In this document: piece after piece, positions 6,350 through 17,299 of the stretch
How positions within the stretch are numbered: position 1 is the first letter of the stretch
How the letters are laid out: each line of letters begins with the position of its first letter
Assembly (NCBI GenBank): GCA_015222795.1
Contig: JADFVY010000120.1
Span: 1 to 28,668, forward strand
Length of the DNA stretch: 28,668 nt
Source: Pseudomonadota bacterium
GTDB lineage: Bacteria; Pseudomonadota; Alphaproteobacteria; UBA8366; JADFVY01
Reading direction: 5' to 3'
Notes under the pieces: generated by a model
Databases searched by the model: none
Told to the model about the DNA's origin: nothing
What the model saw: only the letters and a program-made list of their open reading frames with translations
Made by a program: the position numbers and the translations under genes

Positions 6350-7870
6350 TCATGTCATCAGGTAACGCTGGCGCAAATGATCCTTGAAGGCGTCGGCGCC
6401 GAGCGGCTTTCCGGTTGCCTCAATCAGCAACTCGTCCGTCGAGATAAGCGACGCCTTGTTGTGGACGTTGGGCCGCAGCCACGCCATCAGGGGCGCGAAA
6501 TCGCCCTTGGCGACCGATGGCATGATCAGCGCGTCGGCGGTCCGCGCGGCGGCGGCCAGCTGCGCCGCGGCCATCGCGCCCAGGCTGTAGGTCGGAAAAT
6601 AACCAAAGGCGCCGTCCGGCCAGTGGATATCCTGCAGACAGCCCAGCCGGTCATCCGGCGGCCGTATGCCGAGCAGTTCGACCATGCCGTCGCCCCAGGC
6701 CCCGGGAAGATCGGCCACCGCAAGGTCGCCGGCGATCATCGCGCGTTCCAGTCGGGTACGCAGGATGATATGGGCGGGATAGGTGACCTCGTCGGCCTCG
6801 ACGCGGATCAGGCTGGGCTCAACCCTCGTTGCAAGGCGGTACAGATTGGCGGCTGTCCATGCGGGGCCTTCGGCGGCGAAGGCCTGCCCGGCCACCGGCG
6901 CCGCCCATTCGAAGAATTCGGGCGAACGGCAGATTTGCATTTCGATCAACAACGACTGGCTTTCATGCATAACCATGCCGCGCGCGTTGCCAACCGGCTG
7001 GTATCGCCACGCCTTCGGCAGGCCGCGCTCATACATGGCGTGGCCTGATTCATGCAGCACGGCCATCATGGAATCGAGGAAGCCGCCGTCGTGATAGCGG
7101 GTGGTTATGCGGCTGTCCTCCGGCACGCCACCCGAAAAGGGATGCAGGCTTTCGTCGAGCCGAGCACTATCAAAATCGATACCCACGGTCTCGGCCAAGT
7201 GGCGGCAGAGAATGCGCTGGGCGGGGATGGGAAAGGGACCGGTGGGCATAACCGGTTCCGGCTCGCGGGCCTGATGCGCCAGGACGGCGTCGAGAAGTTC
7301 CGGCAGAAAACCTGCATAATCCTCCAGGATGGAAACCACCCGCGCGCTGTCGGCGTCTGGTTCGTACTCGTCCATCAGGGCGTCGTAAGCGGGCCGGCCC
7401 AGCATTTCCGCCTTGGCGGTCCCGGCTTCGCGCGTCAGGGCCAGCACTTCCTCGAGGAAAGGCTGAAGCGCCTTAAAGTCGGAATCCGCCCGCGCGCCGC
7501 GCCATGCCGCCTCGGCCGCCGCGCCAGCGTGGGACCGGGCGGCGACCAGGTCCGCGGGTACAGCGGTCGCATGCAGCCAGGCGCGGTGGATTTCACGCAG
7601 GTTGGCCGATTGCCACCGGTCCAGTTGATCCGCGTTCGCGGCCGCTTCGTCCATCAGATCGCCAACCTGGGGGTCGGTGACCAGTTCGTGCGCCATCGTT
7701 CGCAGCGTGGCCATCTGTTCGGCGCGCGCCGCGGCCCCGCCGGGCGGCATGTTGACGGAAGTATCCCAGCCCAGCACGCCCTCGGCCTCGCCAATCAGTG
7801 CGCGGCGGCGGAAGACTTCCTCCAGCCGCCGATAGGCCCCGCTGATATTGGAGCCGGGGTCAGTCGTCAT
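6350..7870 (-). CDS. M32-family thermostable-type carboxypeptidase
   Basis: HPF, HESGH (HExxH), HESQSL, IRVEADEVTY, GCLQDIHW and GYFPTYSLG motifs. Confidence 0.95.
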   Translation of the reverse strand: MTTDPGSNISGAYRRLEEVFRRRALIGEAEGVLGWDTSVNMPPGGAAARAEQMATLRTMAHELVTDPQVGDLMDEAAANADQLDRWQSANLREIHRAWLHATAVPADLVAARSHAGAAAEAAWRGARADSDFKALQPFLEEVLALTREAGTAKAEMLGRPAYDALMDEYEPDADSARVVSILEDYAGFLPELLDAVLAHQAREPEPVMPTGPFPIPAQRILCRHLAETVGIDFDSARLDESLHPFSGGVPEDSRITTRYHDGGFLDSMMAVLHESGHAMYERGLPKAWRYQPVGNARGMVMHESQSLLIEMQICRSPEFFEWAAPVAGQAFAAEGPAWTAANLYRLATRVEPSLIRVEADEVTYPAHIILRTRLERAMIAGDLAVADLPGAWGDGMVELLGIRPPDDRLGCLQDIHWPDGAFGYFPTYSLGAMAAAQLAAAARTADALIMPSVAKGDFAPLMAWLRPNVHNKASLISTDELLIEATGKPLGADAFKDHLRQRYLMT

Positions 7871-8594
7871 CCGGGCCGCGCCGCCTGGTGTGATAGATCA
7901 CGTAGATAACGAACAGGGCCCCGGCCAGCGAAAACCAGGTGATCGCATAAGTCAGGTGGTTGTTGGGCAAATCTACGTGCCATTCGTTGGGGTCGGGTGT
8001 GAGCCACGGCATAGGCTTACCCGACAGGGCTTTCTCACCGGTGGCGAATACATAGTAGTCCGTGAAGGGCAGAACACCCGCGGCCGCCGACATCCCGGCC
8101 AGATCGATAAAGTACCAATTGTTCTTTTCCGGCTTGTTGTCGGGCGTAAACCATCCCGGCAGGTCCGGAATTCGTACAACGCCGGTGACCTCCACTACGG
8201 CCGGCTCGTCGCCCAGCTCCTCGATGGGGGTTCCGGGCCAGTCTATCGGTACCCAGCCGCGGTTCACGAGCAACGTTGCGCCGCCATTGGCGAGGACCAA
8301 GGGTGTGAATACATTGATACCCGGTATGCCGTTGCGCACCCGATTCAGCAGATGCATTTCGGCTTCATGCATATAGTGTCCGGTTACCGTGACCTTGCGA
8401 TACATCAGATCATCGGCGGAAATACGGGCGTCCAGGAGCAGCGGTATCGCTGGACCGGAATCGCGGATTTGCAATTCCTGGATCAGTTCCATCTTCCACT
8501 GCAGGCGGTGAACCTGCCAATAGCCGAACAGAACGAGGATCGCCACCGCCGGGACGGAGATCAGTGTCGGCCAGAATGTGGGTCGGAATTGCAC
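7860..8594 (-). CDS. surf1: SURF1/Shy1 cytochrome c oxidase assembly protein
   Basis: N-terminal TM helix followed by GYWQ..RL.WK, LLVNRGWVP, and LPNNHLTYAITWF before the C-terminal TM helix. GTG start. Confidence 0.95.
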   Translation of the reverse strand: MQFRPTFWPTLISVPAVAILVLFGYWQVHRLQWKMELIQELQIRDSGPAIPLLLDARISADDLMYRKVTVTGHYMHEAEMHLLNRVRNGIPGINVFTPLVLANGGATLLVNRGWVPIDWPGTPIEELGDEPAVVEVTGVVRIPDLPGWFTPDNKPEKNNWYFIDLAGMSAAAGVLPFTDYYVFATGEKALSGKPMPWLTPDPNEWHVDLPNNHLTYAITWFSLAGALFVIYVIYHTRRRGPDDD

Positions 8595-8652
8595 GTCTGT
8601 TTAAGACCGGTTGCTTGCGTCATTACCGCTCCCGGATAAACCGGCGACGGGT

Positions 8653-9030
8653 CTATGTAAAGGTATTCTTGCCGCCCTCGCCCGCCTTGTGGTGATACTG
8701 CAGGGCGATCATCAACGCCTTCATAGGATGCAGCAGCAGGACCGACAGGCCGATAATAACCGGCGTCCAGATGACCAGATGCAGCCAGTGGGGCGGACGG
8801 AAGGTGACCTCCACCCACAACGCCATCGCGATAACCAGCGCGCCGACAATGGCCATGACGAAGAATGCCGGGCCGTCGGCGCTGTCCCCGGCCTTCATTT
8901 CCAGGCCGCAGACCGCGCATTTGTCGGTTAGTTTCAGGAGCCCACTGTAAAGTTTGCCCTCGCCGCAGCGCGGGCAGCGGCACAGAAATCCCGCCCTGAA
9001 AGGTGAAACCGGCGCGCGGGGCTCCGTCAC
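8653..9030 (-). CDS. DUF983 family protein (CPxCG motif plus two TM helices)
   Basis: CRCPRCGEGKLY...C..CG and DSADGPAFF, then two hydrophobic helices. Start reassigned to GTG 9030 (GGAG 5 nt upstream); the track ORF starts inside coxC. Confidence 0.85.
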   Translation of the reverse strand: MTEPRAPVSPFRAGFLCRCPRCGEGKLYSGLLKLTDKCAVCGLEMKAGDSADGPAFFVMAIVGALVIAMALWVEVTFRPPHWLHLVIWTPVIIGLSVLLLHPMKALMIALQYHHKAGEGGKNTFT

Positions 9031-9070
9031 TGGAACTCCGGCGCGCCGGCAAAACGGAACAGGGCCAAAT

Positions 9071-9898
9071 TCAGCCGCCCCAGATGTAAATAAAGGTAAA
9101 CAGGAACAGCCACACCGCATCGACGAAATGCCAGTACCAGGACGCCGCCACGAGGCCGAAGTGATGGTCGGGCTTAAAGTGGCCTTTTATGGTGCGTATC
9201 AGGCAAACCAGCAGGAAAATCGTGCCGACAATGACATGAAACCCATGGAACCCTGTCGCCATGAAGAATGTCGACGGGTAAATGCCGTCGGCGAAGTTAA
9301 AGGGCGCGTGGCCGTATTCGACGGCCTGCAACGTGGTGAAGAGGGCGCCCAGAGCGACCGTCGCGATCAGCCAGTTTACCGCCAGTTTCTGGTTGCCGCG
9401 CATCAGCGCGTGATGCGCCCAGTGGACGGTGACGCTGGAAGTGAGCAGGACAACCGTATTAGCCAGCGGCAATTCATACCAGACGAAGGTTTCGATACCC
9501 TCCGGCGGCCAGATGCCGCCCGCCAGATCGTAGGGAAACTCCCGAGGGAACAGGCTGGAATCGAAGAACGCCCAGAAGAAGGCCACGAAGAACATCACTT
9601 CGGACGCTATGAACAAGAGCATGCCGTAGCGAAGGCCATTCTGAACGACCGCCGTGTGGTGCCCCTCGAATGTGGCTTCCTTGATCACATCGCGCCACCA
9701 CAAAATCATGGTCGAAGCCATCAGCAGGACGCCTGGAACGACCGTTCCAATACCAAGGGCCTCGCCGATGCCGCCCATCATATCCGGGTGCATAAAGAGC
9801 ACCAACCCGATGGCCAGGGTAAAGCCCGCCAATGCGCCCAGCGCGGGCCACGGGCTCGGGTCCACCAGATGGTAATCATGTTTAACTGCGCTGCTCAT
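9071..9898 (-). CDS. coxC: Cytochrome c oxidase subunit III
   Basis: HDYHLVDPSPWP, LFIASEVMFF..FFWAFF, TGFHGFHVIVG, WYWHFVD.VWLFL. Confidence 0.97.
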   Translation of the reverse strand: MSSAVKHDYHLVDPSPWPALGALAGFTLAIGLVLFMHPDMMGGIGEALGIGTVVPGVLLMASTMILWWRDVIKEATFEGHHTAVVQNGLRYGMLLFIASEVMFFVAFFWAFFDSSLFPREFPYDLAGGIWPPEGIETFVWYELPLANTVVLLTSSVTVHWAHHALMRGNQKLAVNWLIATVALGALFTTLQAVEYGHAPFNFADGIYPSTFFMATGFHGFHVIVGTIFLLVCLIRTIKGHFKPDHHFGLVAASWYWHFVDAVWLFLFTFIYIWGG

Positions 9899-9950
9899 AT
9901 TCTATTTCCTCGCTTGTCCCGTACCGTAATATTAAAGAATCGCACCAATT

Positions 9951-10544
9951 TCACTGTATCGTCCCGTCGGGTATGGCCGCCGCGTTGACCGCGACCTTCC
10001 CGCCTTCGGTCCCGTATTTGGGAAAGAAGGTATAGGACAGGGTGATAGTGTTCACATCGTCGAGAATTCGGTCTTCCATGATCGCCGGGTCGACGAAAAA
10101 GGAAACCGCCATATCGGCCGTCTCCCCCGCTTCGAGACGCTGCTCGGTGAAGCAGAAGCAGTCGATCTTATCCACGTATTTCGCGACCTTCAGCGGCGTC
10201 ACGTTAAAAGTCGCCGTGCCCATTGTCGGGCCGTCTGCCACGCTCTCTGCCCGGTAAAAGGCCAGCGCGGTCTCACCGACCTTGATCTTCATCGGCTCCT
10301 GTCCCGGCGCGAAGCGCCACGGCAGATTCTGATCGACCCTGGAATCGAAGCGCACGGTAATGTCGCGATCCCCGATTACTTCCGACGGCGCCTGCGCGAT
10401 TCCCGGGGTCCCGCCGAACCCGGTGACCTTGCAGAACAGGTCATAGAGCGGCACCGAGGCATAGGCCAGGCCGACCATCCCGAAAACGACGCTGACAACG
10501 GCAATCATCGTCTTCTTGTTGCGGCGTTGGAGCTTGGCGTTCAT
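9951..10544 (-). CDS. ctaG: Cytochrome c oxidase assembly protein CtaG/Cox11 (CuB insertion)
   Basis: YASVPLYDLFCKVTGFGGT, KIDCFCFTEQ, ITLSYTFF. Confidence 0.96.
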   Translation of the reverse strand: MNAKLQRRNKKTMIAVVSVVFGMVGLAYASVPLYDLFCKVTGFGGTPGIAQAPSEVIGDRDITVRFDSRVDQNLPWRFAPGQEPMKIKVGETALAFYRAESVADGPTMGTATFNVTPLKVAKYVDKIDCFCFTEQRLEAGETADMAVSFFVDPAIMEDRILDDVNTITLSYTFFPKYGTEGGKVAVNAAAIPDGTIQ

Positions 10545-10547
10545 GGC

Positions 10548-10724
10548 TCAGCGTATACCCATTTTGACGATGGCGACGACATAGAACAACACGACCAGGC
10601 CGAACAGCACCAACCCCAGGGCGATGTTCTTGCCCCGCTGACGGCGATGCATTTCGCTCGGCTGGGGGCCATCGGCCGCGTCGTTGTTCTGTTTATCGTT
10701 CTCGTTCATCACCAGTTCCGACAT
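10548..10724 (-). CDS. Small single-TM protein, CoxF-like (58 aa; alternative start 10709); absent from the ORF track
   Basis: Manual translation: MSELVMNENDKQNNDAADGPQPSEMHRRQRGKNIALGLVLFGLVVLFYVVAIVKMGIR*. It fills the ctaB-ctaG gap exactly (7 nt after the ctaB stop, 3 nt before the ctaG start). Confidence 0.82.
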   Translation of the reverse strand: MSELVMNENDKQNNDAADGPQPSEMHRRQRGKNIALGLVLFGLVVLFYVVAIVKMGIR

Positions 10725-10731
10725 GATTCAG

Positions 10732-11649
10732 TTAACCCAGAATGCCCGGCGCGCGATCAACGATCAGCAGCGCGAACAATGCAGCCAGATACAGCAGCGA
10801 AAATCCAAACATGCGCTTGGCCGGCCGGTCACCGTGATCGCGCATGACCGCAATTGCGTGACCCAGAAAACCCAACCCAAGCAAAATAGCAGCGCCGCCG
10901 TAAATCCATCCGGCGATACTCAGCCAAACCGGCGCCAGCGATACCGGGATCAGCAGCAGCGTGTAGAACAGCATCTGCCGCCGCGTCGCCGCCTTGCCGG
11001 CCACCACCGGCAGCATCGGCACGCCGGCGTCCTGATAATCGCCGCAACGGTACAGCGACAGTGCCCAGAAATGCGGCGGCGTCCAGAAGAAGATCAGCGC
11101 GAACAACGCCACCGACTCAATAGATACCGATCCGGTCACCGCGGCCCAACCGATTATCGGCGGGAAGGCTCCCGCCGCGCCGCCAATCACGATATTCTGC
11201 GGCGTGCGGCGCTTCAACCAGATCGTATAGACAAAGACATAAAACAGGATCGCCAGCGCCAGCAACGAGCCGGCCGCCCAGTTCACCATCAGCCCCATCA
11301 TGCTGACCGACGCCACCGACAGAAATATCCCGAAGCCCAGCGCCTCGCCCGGCGCAACCCGGCCCGCCGGAATTGGCCGGTTTTTCGTGCGGGCCATTAC
11401 GGCGTCGATATCCCGGTCGAACCACATATTGATCGCCCCGGCCGCGCCGGACCCGACCGCGATGCACAGCACCGCGACCGCGGCCAATACCGGATGAAGA
11501 TAGCCCGGCGCCACATACATGCCGACAAACCCGGTAAACACCACGAGCGACATCACGCGCGGCTTCAACAGCGCGAAAAAATCGCCGGCACCGGCGGAGC
11601 TTGCAACTCCGCCGGGCTGGGTCGTCATGCGATATGCGGTTTCGGACAT
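10732..11649 (-). CDS. ctaB: Protoheme IX farnesyltransferase (heme o synthase)
   Basis: [63 protein letters not shown]. Confidence 0.97.
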   Translation of the reverse strand: MSETAYRMTTQPGGVASSAGAGDFFALLKPRVMSLVVFTGFVGMYVAPGYLHPVLAAVAVLCIAVGSGAAGAINMWFDRDIDAVMARTKNRPIPAGRVAPGEALGFGIFLSVASVSMMGLMVNWAAGSLLALAILFYVFVYTIWLKRRTPQNIVIGGAAGAFPPIIGWAAVTGSVSIESVALFALIFFWTPPHFWALSLYRCGDYQDAGVPMLPVVAGKAATRRQMLFYTLLLIPVSLAPVWLSIAGWIYGGAAILLGLGFLGHAIAVMRDHGDRPAKRMFGFSLLYLAALFALLIVDRAPGILG

Positions 11650-11675
11650 TGGTCCTCGTCTTCAGCAGCCTGTCA

Positions 11676-13313
<1,638 letters not shown>

Positions 13314-14180
13314 TTACTGTACTGGGGTGGTCTGAGCCAGGCGGGTCGCGCTTTTCGCGGCCGGCTCGTCAACACGTGCGAATTCTTCTTTCGCAGTCTC
13401 CACCCAGGCATTGAATTCTTCCTCGCTGACCGCCTTGATGGCGACCGGCATATAGGAATGGTTCACGCCGCAAAGCTCGGAGCAGAAACCGTAATACATG
13501 CCGGGCTTGGTGATTTCCACCCAGGTTTCGTTAAGTCGCCCGGGAACCGCATCCAGCTTGATGCCCAATGCCGGGATGCCCCATGAATGTAGCACGTCGC
13601 CCGCGGTGAATAGCAGGCGCACTTTCTTACCGACGGGAAGGACAACATGATTGTCCGTCTCCATCATGCGCAGGCTTTTATCCTCGAGGTCTTCGGCGAA
13701 GGTCATGTTGGCGTCGAAGGTGAAGTTGCCGTGGTCCGGATACTCATAGCTCCAGTACCACTGGTGGCCGATTACCTTCAGCGTCATGTCGGCGTCCACG
13801 ACCCGGTCATTCTCCACCATCATGTTGTAGGAGGGAATGAACAGCCAGACCAGGATGATCACCGGCACCACCGTCCAGATAATCTCGATCATTGTGTGAT
13901 GCGTGGTTTTCGAGGGGACCGGGTTCTTCTTTTCGTTATACCTGTAGGCGACGTAAATCATCAGCCCAAGGACGAAAAGCGAGATTACGGTAATCAACAC
14001 CAACAGCAAATTGTGGAATTCGTTGATCCGTTCCATCGATGTCGAGGCGGGCTCCTGAAAGCCCAACTGCCATTCGGTGGGGATACCGTCGGCGAACGCA
14101 ACGCCGCTCATAATAGTCAGCAGGAATGCCGCAATCGCGGCCAATCGCATAGTCACGGTGGTCTCTCCCGTCTCTGACAC
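13314..14180 (-). CDS. coxB: Cytochrome c oxidase subunit II (CuA); true start possibly 14156 or 14150
   Basis: Signal peptide, two TM helices, GHQWYWSYEY, DVLHSW, CSELCGVNHSYM CuA motif. Confidence 0.97.
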   Translation of the reverse strand: MSETGETTVTMRLAAIAAFLLTIMSGVAFADGIPTEWQLGFQEPASTSMERINEFHNLLLVLITVISLFVLGLMIYVAYRYNEKKNPVPSKTTHHTMIEIIWTVVPVIILVWLFIPSYNMMVENDRVVDADMTLKVIGHQWYWSYEYPDHGNFTFDANMTFAEDLEDKSLRMMETDNHVVLPVGKKVRLLFTAGDVLHSWGIPALGIKLDAVPGRLNETWVEITKPGMYYGFCSELCGVNHSYMPVAIKAVSEEEFNAWVETAKEEFARVDEPAAKSATRLAQTTPVQ

Positions 14181-14377
14181 CAGCCAATTAAACTCGGGTT
14201 CACCCGTGGGCGGATTCAGTCCGTCACGGTTCCCGATGGAATTCTGCGCGGCATTCTAATCAGTCGCGGCAGCCAATCAAGCGCCATGGAGACCGCATCC
14301 CCCTCAGCATCGGAATCTGAAAAACCCTATATGTTTCAGTCCCTCGGCATTGCAGGATATCTTCACCATTACCCCGC

Positions 14378-14392
14378 GCGACACTATGTCGC
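14378..14392. promoter_or_regulatory. Putative RegA/PrrA/RegR binding site upstream of coxB
   Basis: GCGACA-CTA-TGTCGC is a perfect 6-3-6 palindrome. It matches GCGRC-N5-GNCGC, and the RegR box GNGRCRTTNNGNCGC with one mismatch. Confidence 0.6.
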
Positions 14393-14412
14393 AAGCGGTT
14401 TTCTGCAGATTA

Positions 14413-14426
14413 TTGACCTATGTCAT
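14413..14426. promoter_or_regulatory. Possible FNR/FixK-type box upstream of coxB, overlapping the DUF3422 stop
   Basis: TTGAC-CTAT-GTCAT versus TTGAY-N4-RTCAA: one mismatch. Confidence 0.4.
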
Positions 14427-15721
14427 GGCTTGGCGTCAACGTCATCACGGGCCAGTCTTCGGCGCACGCGCTGCAACGCCAACCAGACAATGAGGACCAC
14501 GACGGGAATAGATAGCCCGGTAACCAGCGCCACGGGTACCGGGAATCCAGAGGCGGCGAATCCCTTGGCCGCATAACCGACCAATCCGACCAGATAATAG
14601 CTGATTGCCGCGATCGACAGGCCCTCGACCGTCTCCTGCAGACGAAGCTGCAGTCTGGCTCGCCGGTCCATGGAGCGCAGCAGGTCACGGTTCTGCGCCT
14701 CCATGGCAAGATCGACGCGGGTGCGCAGCAGGCCGGTCGTCCGTGCGACACGTTCGGCCAGCCGGTCCTGGCGCGCCGCCATGGTTTGGCAGGTCCGCAT
14801 CGCCGGCGCCATGCGGCGATCCATGAACTCGCCGATCGTTTGCGTGCCTTCGATGCGCTCTTCTCTCATTGCGGCGACACGTTTTTCAACCAGTTCGTAA
14901 TAGGCCGCCGATGCGCTGAACCGGTAGGTATTGCGCGACGCCAGCCTTTCCAGCCGGGCGGCGAGACCGGTCAACTCGCCAAGCGCGGAACGCTCGTCCT
15001 CCAGCCCCTCGATCCCAGGCATCCGTTCTGTAATCTCGGACAACACGCCCGCCGCATCGCCGATTTCGGGCCCGGCCTCGCGTGCCAATGGCAGCGAAAG
15101 AAGAGCAAGGATACGGTAGGTCTCGATTTCCAGCATACGCTGCGTCAGACGCCCCGCCTGGCGAGGGCGCAGCCCCATATCGCGAACCAGAATACGACTG
15201 AACCCGTCCTCGTGAAGACGGAAATCCGCCCAGACTTCCGCATGTCCTCCGGCGACCCGGCTACCGGCCAGACTTTCCTCCGAAAACAAGCAGTGCAGGA
15301 TGTCGCGATCCCGCTCTTGCGCGGCAGCCGCCTCCAGAACCAGATGACTGGCGACCAGAAGGTCGCCGGAAAGCTCCTCAAGCCATTCTTCGGGCACGGC
15401 GGCGATTGCCGTGTCTGCAAATGGGTCGCCGCCACCGCCCTTCACGAAAAAGCTGTAGCTGTCGAACTCGGCATGGCATTCCCACTTACAGCGAAATTCG
15501 CCGAAATCCCCGGCAAAATGATTAATCCCGGGATCCGGCGGCGACACATCCATCCGTTCACAGAGCGCCGTTATATGGGCCAGCCCCGTCTGAACGGACC
15601 CTTCGCCGGTTAGCAGCGCGACATGCGACACCAGGACCGGCGCCTCCAACCGCTCAAACGGACGGGCATGGACTTCGTTGGCCAGCGTGTGACGTAAACC
15701 GTGTTCGTTGAATTTCGCCAT
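14423..15721 (-). CDS. DUF3422-family membrane-anchored protein, 432 aa
   Basis: NEVHARPF, KWE.H.EF..Y.F, GRL.QR.LEIETYR..ALL.LP.AR, LRTRVD...E.QN..LL.SM..RA..QLRLQ.TVEGLS.AAISYY, and two C-terminal TM helices. Start moved to ATG 15721 because the track start overlaps tldD. Confidence 0.85.
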   Translation of the reverse strand: MAKFNEHGLRHTLANEVHARPFERLEAPVLVSHVALLTGEGSVQTGLAHITALCERMDVSPPDPGINHFAGDFGEFRCKWECHAEFDSYSFFVKGGGGDPFADTAIAAVPEEWLEELSGDLLVASHLVLEAAAAQERDRDILHCLFSEESLAGSRVAGGHAEVWADFRLHEDGFSRILVRDMGLRPRQAGRLTQRMLEIETYRILALLSLPLAREAGPEIGDAAGVLSEITERMPGIEGLEDERSALGELTGLAARLERLASRNTYRFSASAAYYELVEKRVAAMREERIEGTQTIGEFMDRRMAPAMRTCQTMAARQDRLAERVARTTGLLRTRVDLAMEAQNRDLLRSMDRRARLQLRLQETVEGLSIAAISYYLVGLVGYAAKGFAASGFPVPVALVTGLSIPVVVLIVWLALQRVRRRLARDDVDAKP

Positions 15722-15833
15722 TGGGTATTGCCTGCGGGAAAGGTAAGCTGGGCTTTGGTGGGACTTGCGCGCGTATCGCGCTATATACATTCTGGTAAAG
15801 TAACGCGTGGCGCCGCGATAATCGAGAGGGATC

Positions 15834-17267
15834 ATGAGCAACCTTAGCAAGACCGACGAGCTTTTCTTCAAGCGCACCGGACTGGACCGCGAAAAAACGG
15901 AAAAACTGGTGGCAACCGCGTTGAATGGGGCCGATGACGGCGAACTCTATCTGGAATATTGCCAGTCGGAAGGCATATCGCTGGATGACGGCCATATCCG
16001 CAGCGCCAGTTTCGACACGGCGCAAGGCTTCGGCCTGCGCGCGATCTCCGGCGAGACCATCGGCTACTCCCACGCCAGCGAACTGAGCGAGGAAGCCATG
16101 AAACGGGCGGCCGAGACGGTTCAGGCCGTGCGTAGCGGCAAGGGCGGCACGATGGCCGAGCCGCCGGCCGGCACCAACCGGGCGCTTTACACCGATGAAA
16201 ACCCGCTGGGCGCCTTCAGCTTCGAGGACAAGGTGAAACTGCTGGGCGAGATCGACGCCTATGCGCGGAGTAAGGATCCCCTGGTCAAACAGGTCAGCGC
16301 ATCGATCGCCGGCGAATGGCAGGCGGTCCAGATCATTCGGGCCGACGGCAAACGGGTCGCCGATATCCGGCCGCTGGTGCGGCTGAACGTATCGGTGACC
16401 GTCGGCAAGGGCGACCGCATGGAAAGCGGCAGCTACGGCGCCGGAGGCAGGTTGGGTTTCGCCGTCTTCGTCGAGCCCGATGCTTGGCGATATCAGGTGG
16501 ACGAGGCCCTGCGCCAGGCGCTGGTCAATCTGGAATCGGTTCCCGCACCGGCGGGCGAGATGGACGTGGTTCTGGGTTCCGGCTGGCCGGGGATCCTGCT
16601 GCATGAGGCCATCGGCCATGGGCTGGAAGGCGATTTCAACCGCAAAAAGACCTCGGCCTTCGCCGGGCTGATGGGATACAAGGTTGCCGCGGAAGGCGTT
16701 ACCGTGGTCGATGACGGCACCCTCGCCGACCGGCGTGGGTCGCTGTCGGTCGACGACGAGGGTACGCCGACAAGCTGCACCACGCTGATCGAAAACGGCA
16801 AGCTGGTCGGTTATATGCAGGACCGCCAGAACGCGCGCCTGATGGGCACGAAGCCCACCGGCAACGGGCGCCGGCAATCCTACGCCCACGCCCCCATGCC
16901 CCGCATGACCAACACCTGCATGATGGCCGGCGAGCGCGAGCATGAGGAAATCATCGCCTCGGTCGACAAGGGGATTTACGCGGTCAATTTCGGCGGCGGG
17001 CAGGTGGATATCACCAGCGGCAAGTTCGTGTTCTCCTGCACCGAGGCCTACATGATCGAAAAGGGCAAGGTGGGCGCCCCGGTCAAGGGCGCGACCCTGA
17101 TTGGCAACGGGCCGGACGTGCTGACCCGGGTTTCGATGATCGGCAATAACATGGAAATGGACCCGGGCATCGGCACCTGCGGCAAGGATGGCCAGGGCGT
17201 GCCGGTCGGCGTCGGCCAGCCGACCATCCGCATCGATGGATTAACCGTCGGCGGCACCGCCGACTGA
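15834..17267 (+). CDS. tldD: TldD metalloprotease subunit
   Basis: ADDGELYLEY, LLHEAIGHGLEGDFNRK (HExxxH), PMPRMTNT, GGGQVDI.SG.F.F, C-terminal CGK.GQ.VPV..GQPT. Confidence 0.96.
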   Translation: MSNLSKTDELFFKRTGLDREKTEKLVATALNGADDGELYLEYCQSEGISLDDGHIRSASFDTAQGFGLRAISGETIGYSHASELSEEAMKRAAETVQAVRSGKGGTMAEPPAGTNRALYTDENPLGAFSFEDKVKLLGEIDAYARSKDPLVKQVSASIAGEWQAVQIIRADGKRVADIRPLVRLNVSVTVGKGDRMESGSYGAGGRLGFAVFVEPDAWRYQVDEALRQALVNLESVPAPAGEMDVVLGSGWPGILLHEAIGHGLEGDFNRKKTSAFAGLMGYKVAAEGVTVVDDGTLADRRGSLSVDDEGTPTSCTTLIENGKLVGYMQDRQNARLMGTKPTGNGRRQSYAHAPMPRMTNTCMMAGEREHEEIIASVDKGIYAVNFGGGQVDITSGKFVFSCTEAYMIEKGKVGAPVKGATLIGNGPDVLTRVSMIGNNMEMDPGIGTCGKDGQGVPVGVGQPTIRIDGLTVGGTAD

Positions 17268-17299
17268 GAATTCTACGAGGGTTGCAGGATATTTAAATA

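Noticed and set aside
15654-16943. 429-aa minus-strand ORF, and similar shadows (8954-9988, 10684-11766, 25491-26528, 27029-27982)
   Set aside because: Each fully overlaps a confidently identified gene on the opposite strand or in another frame.
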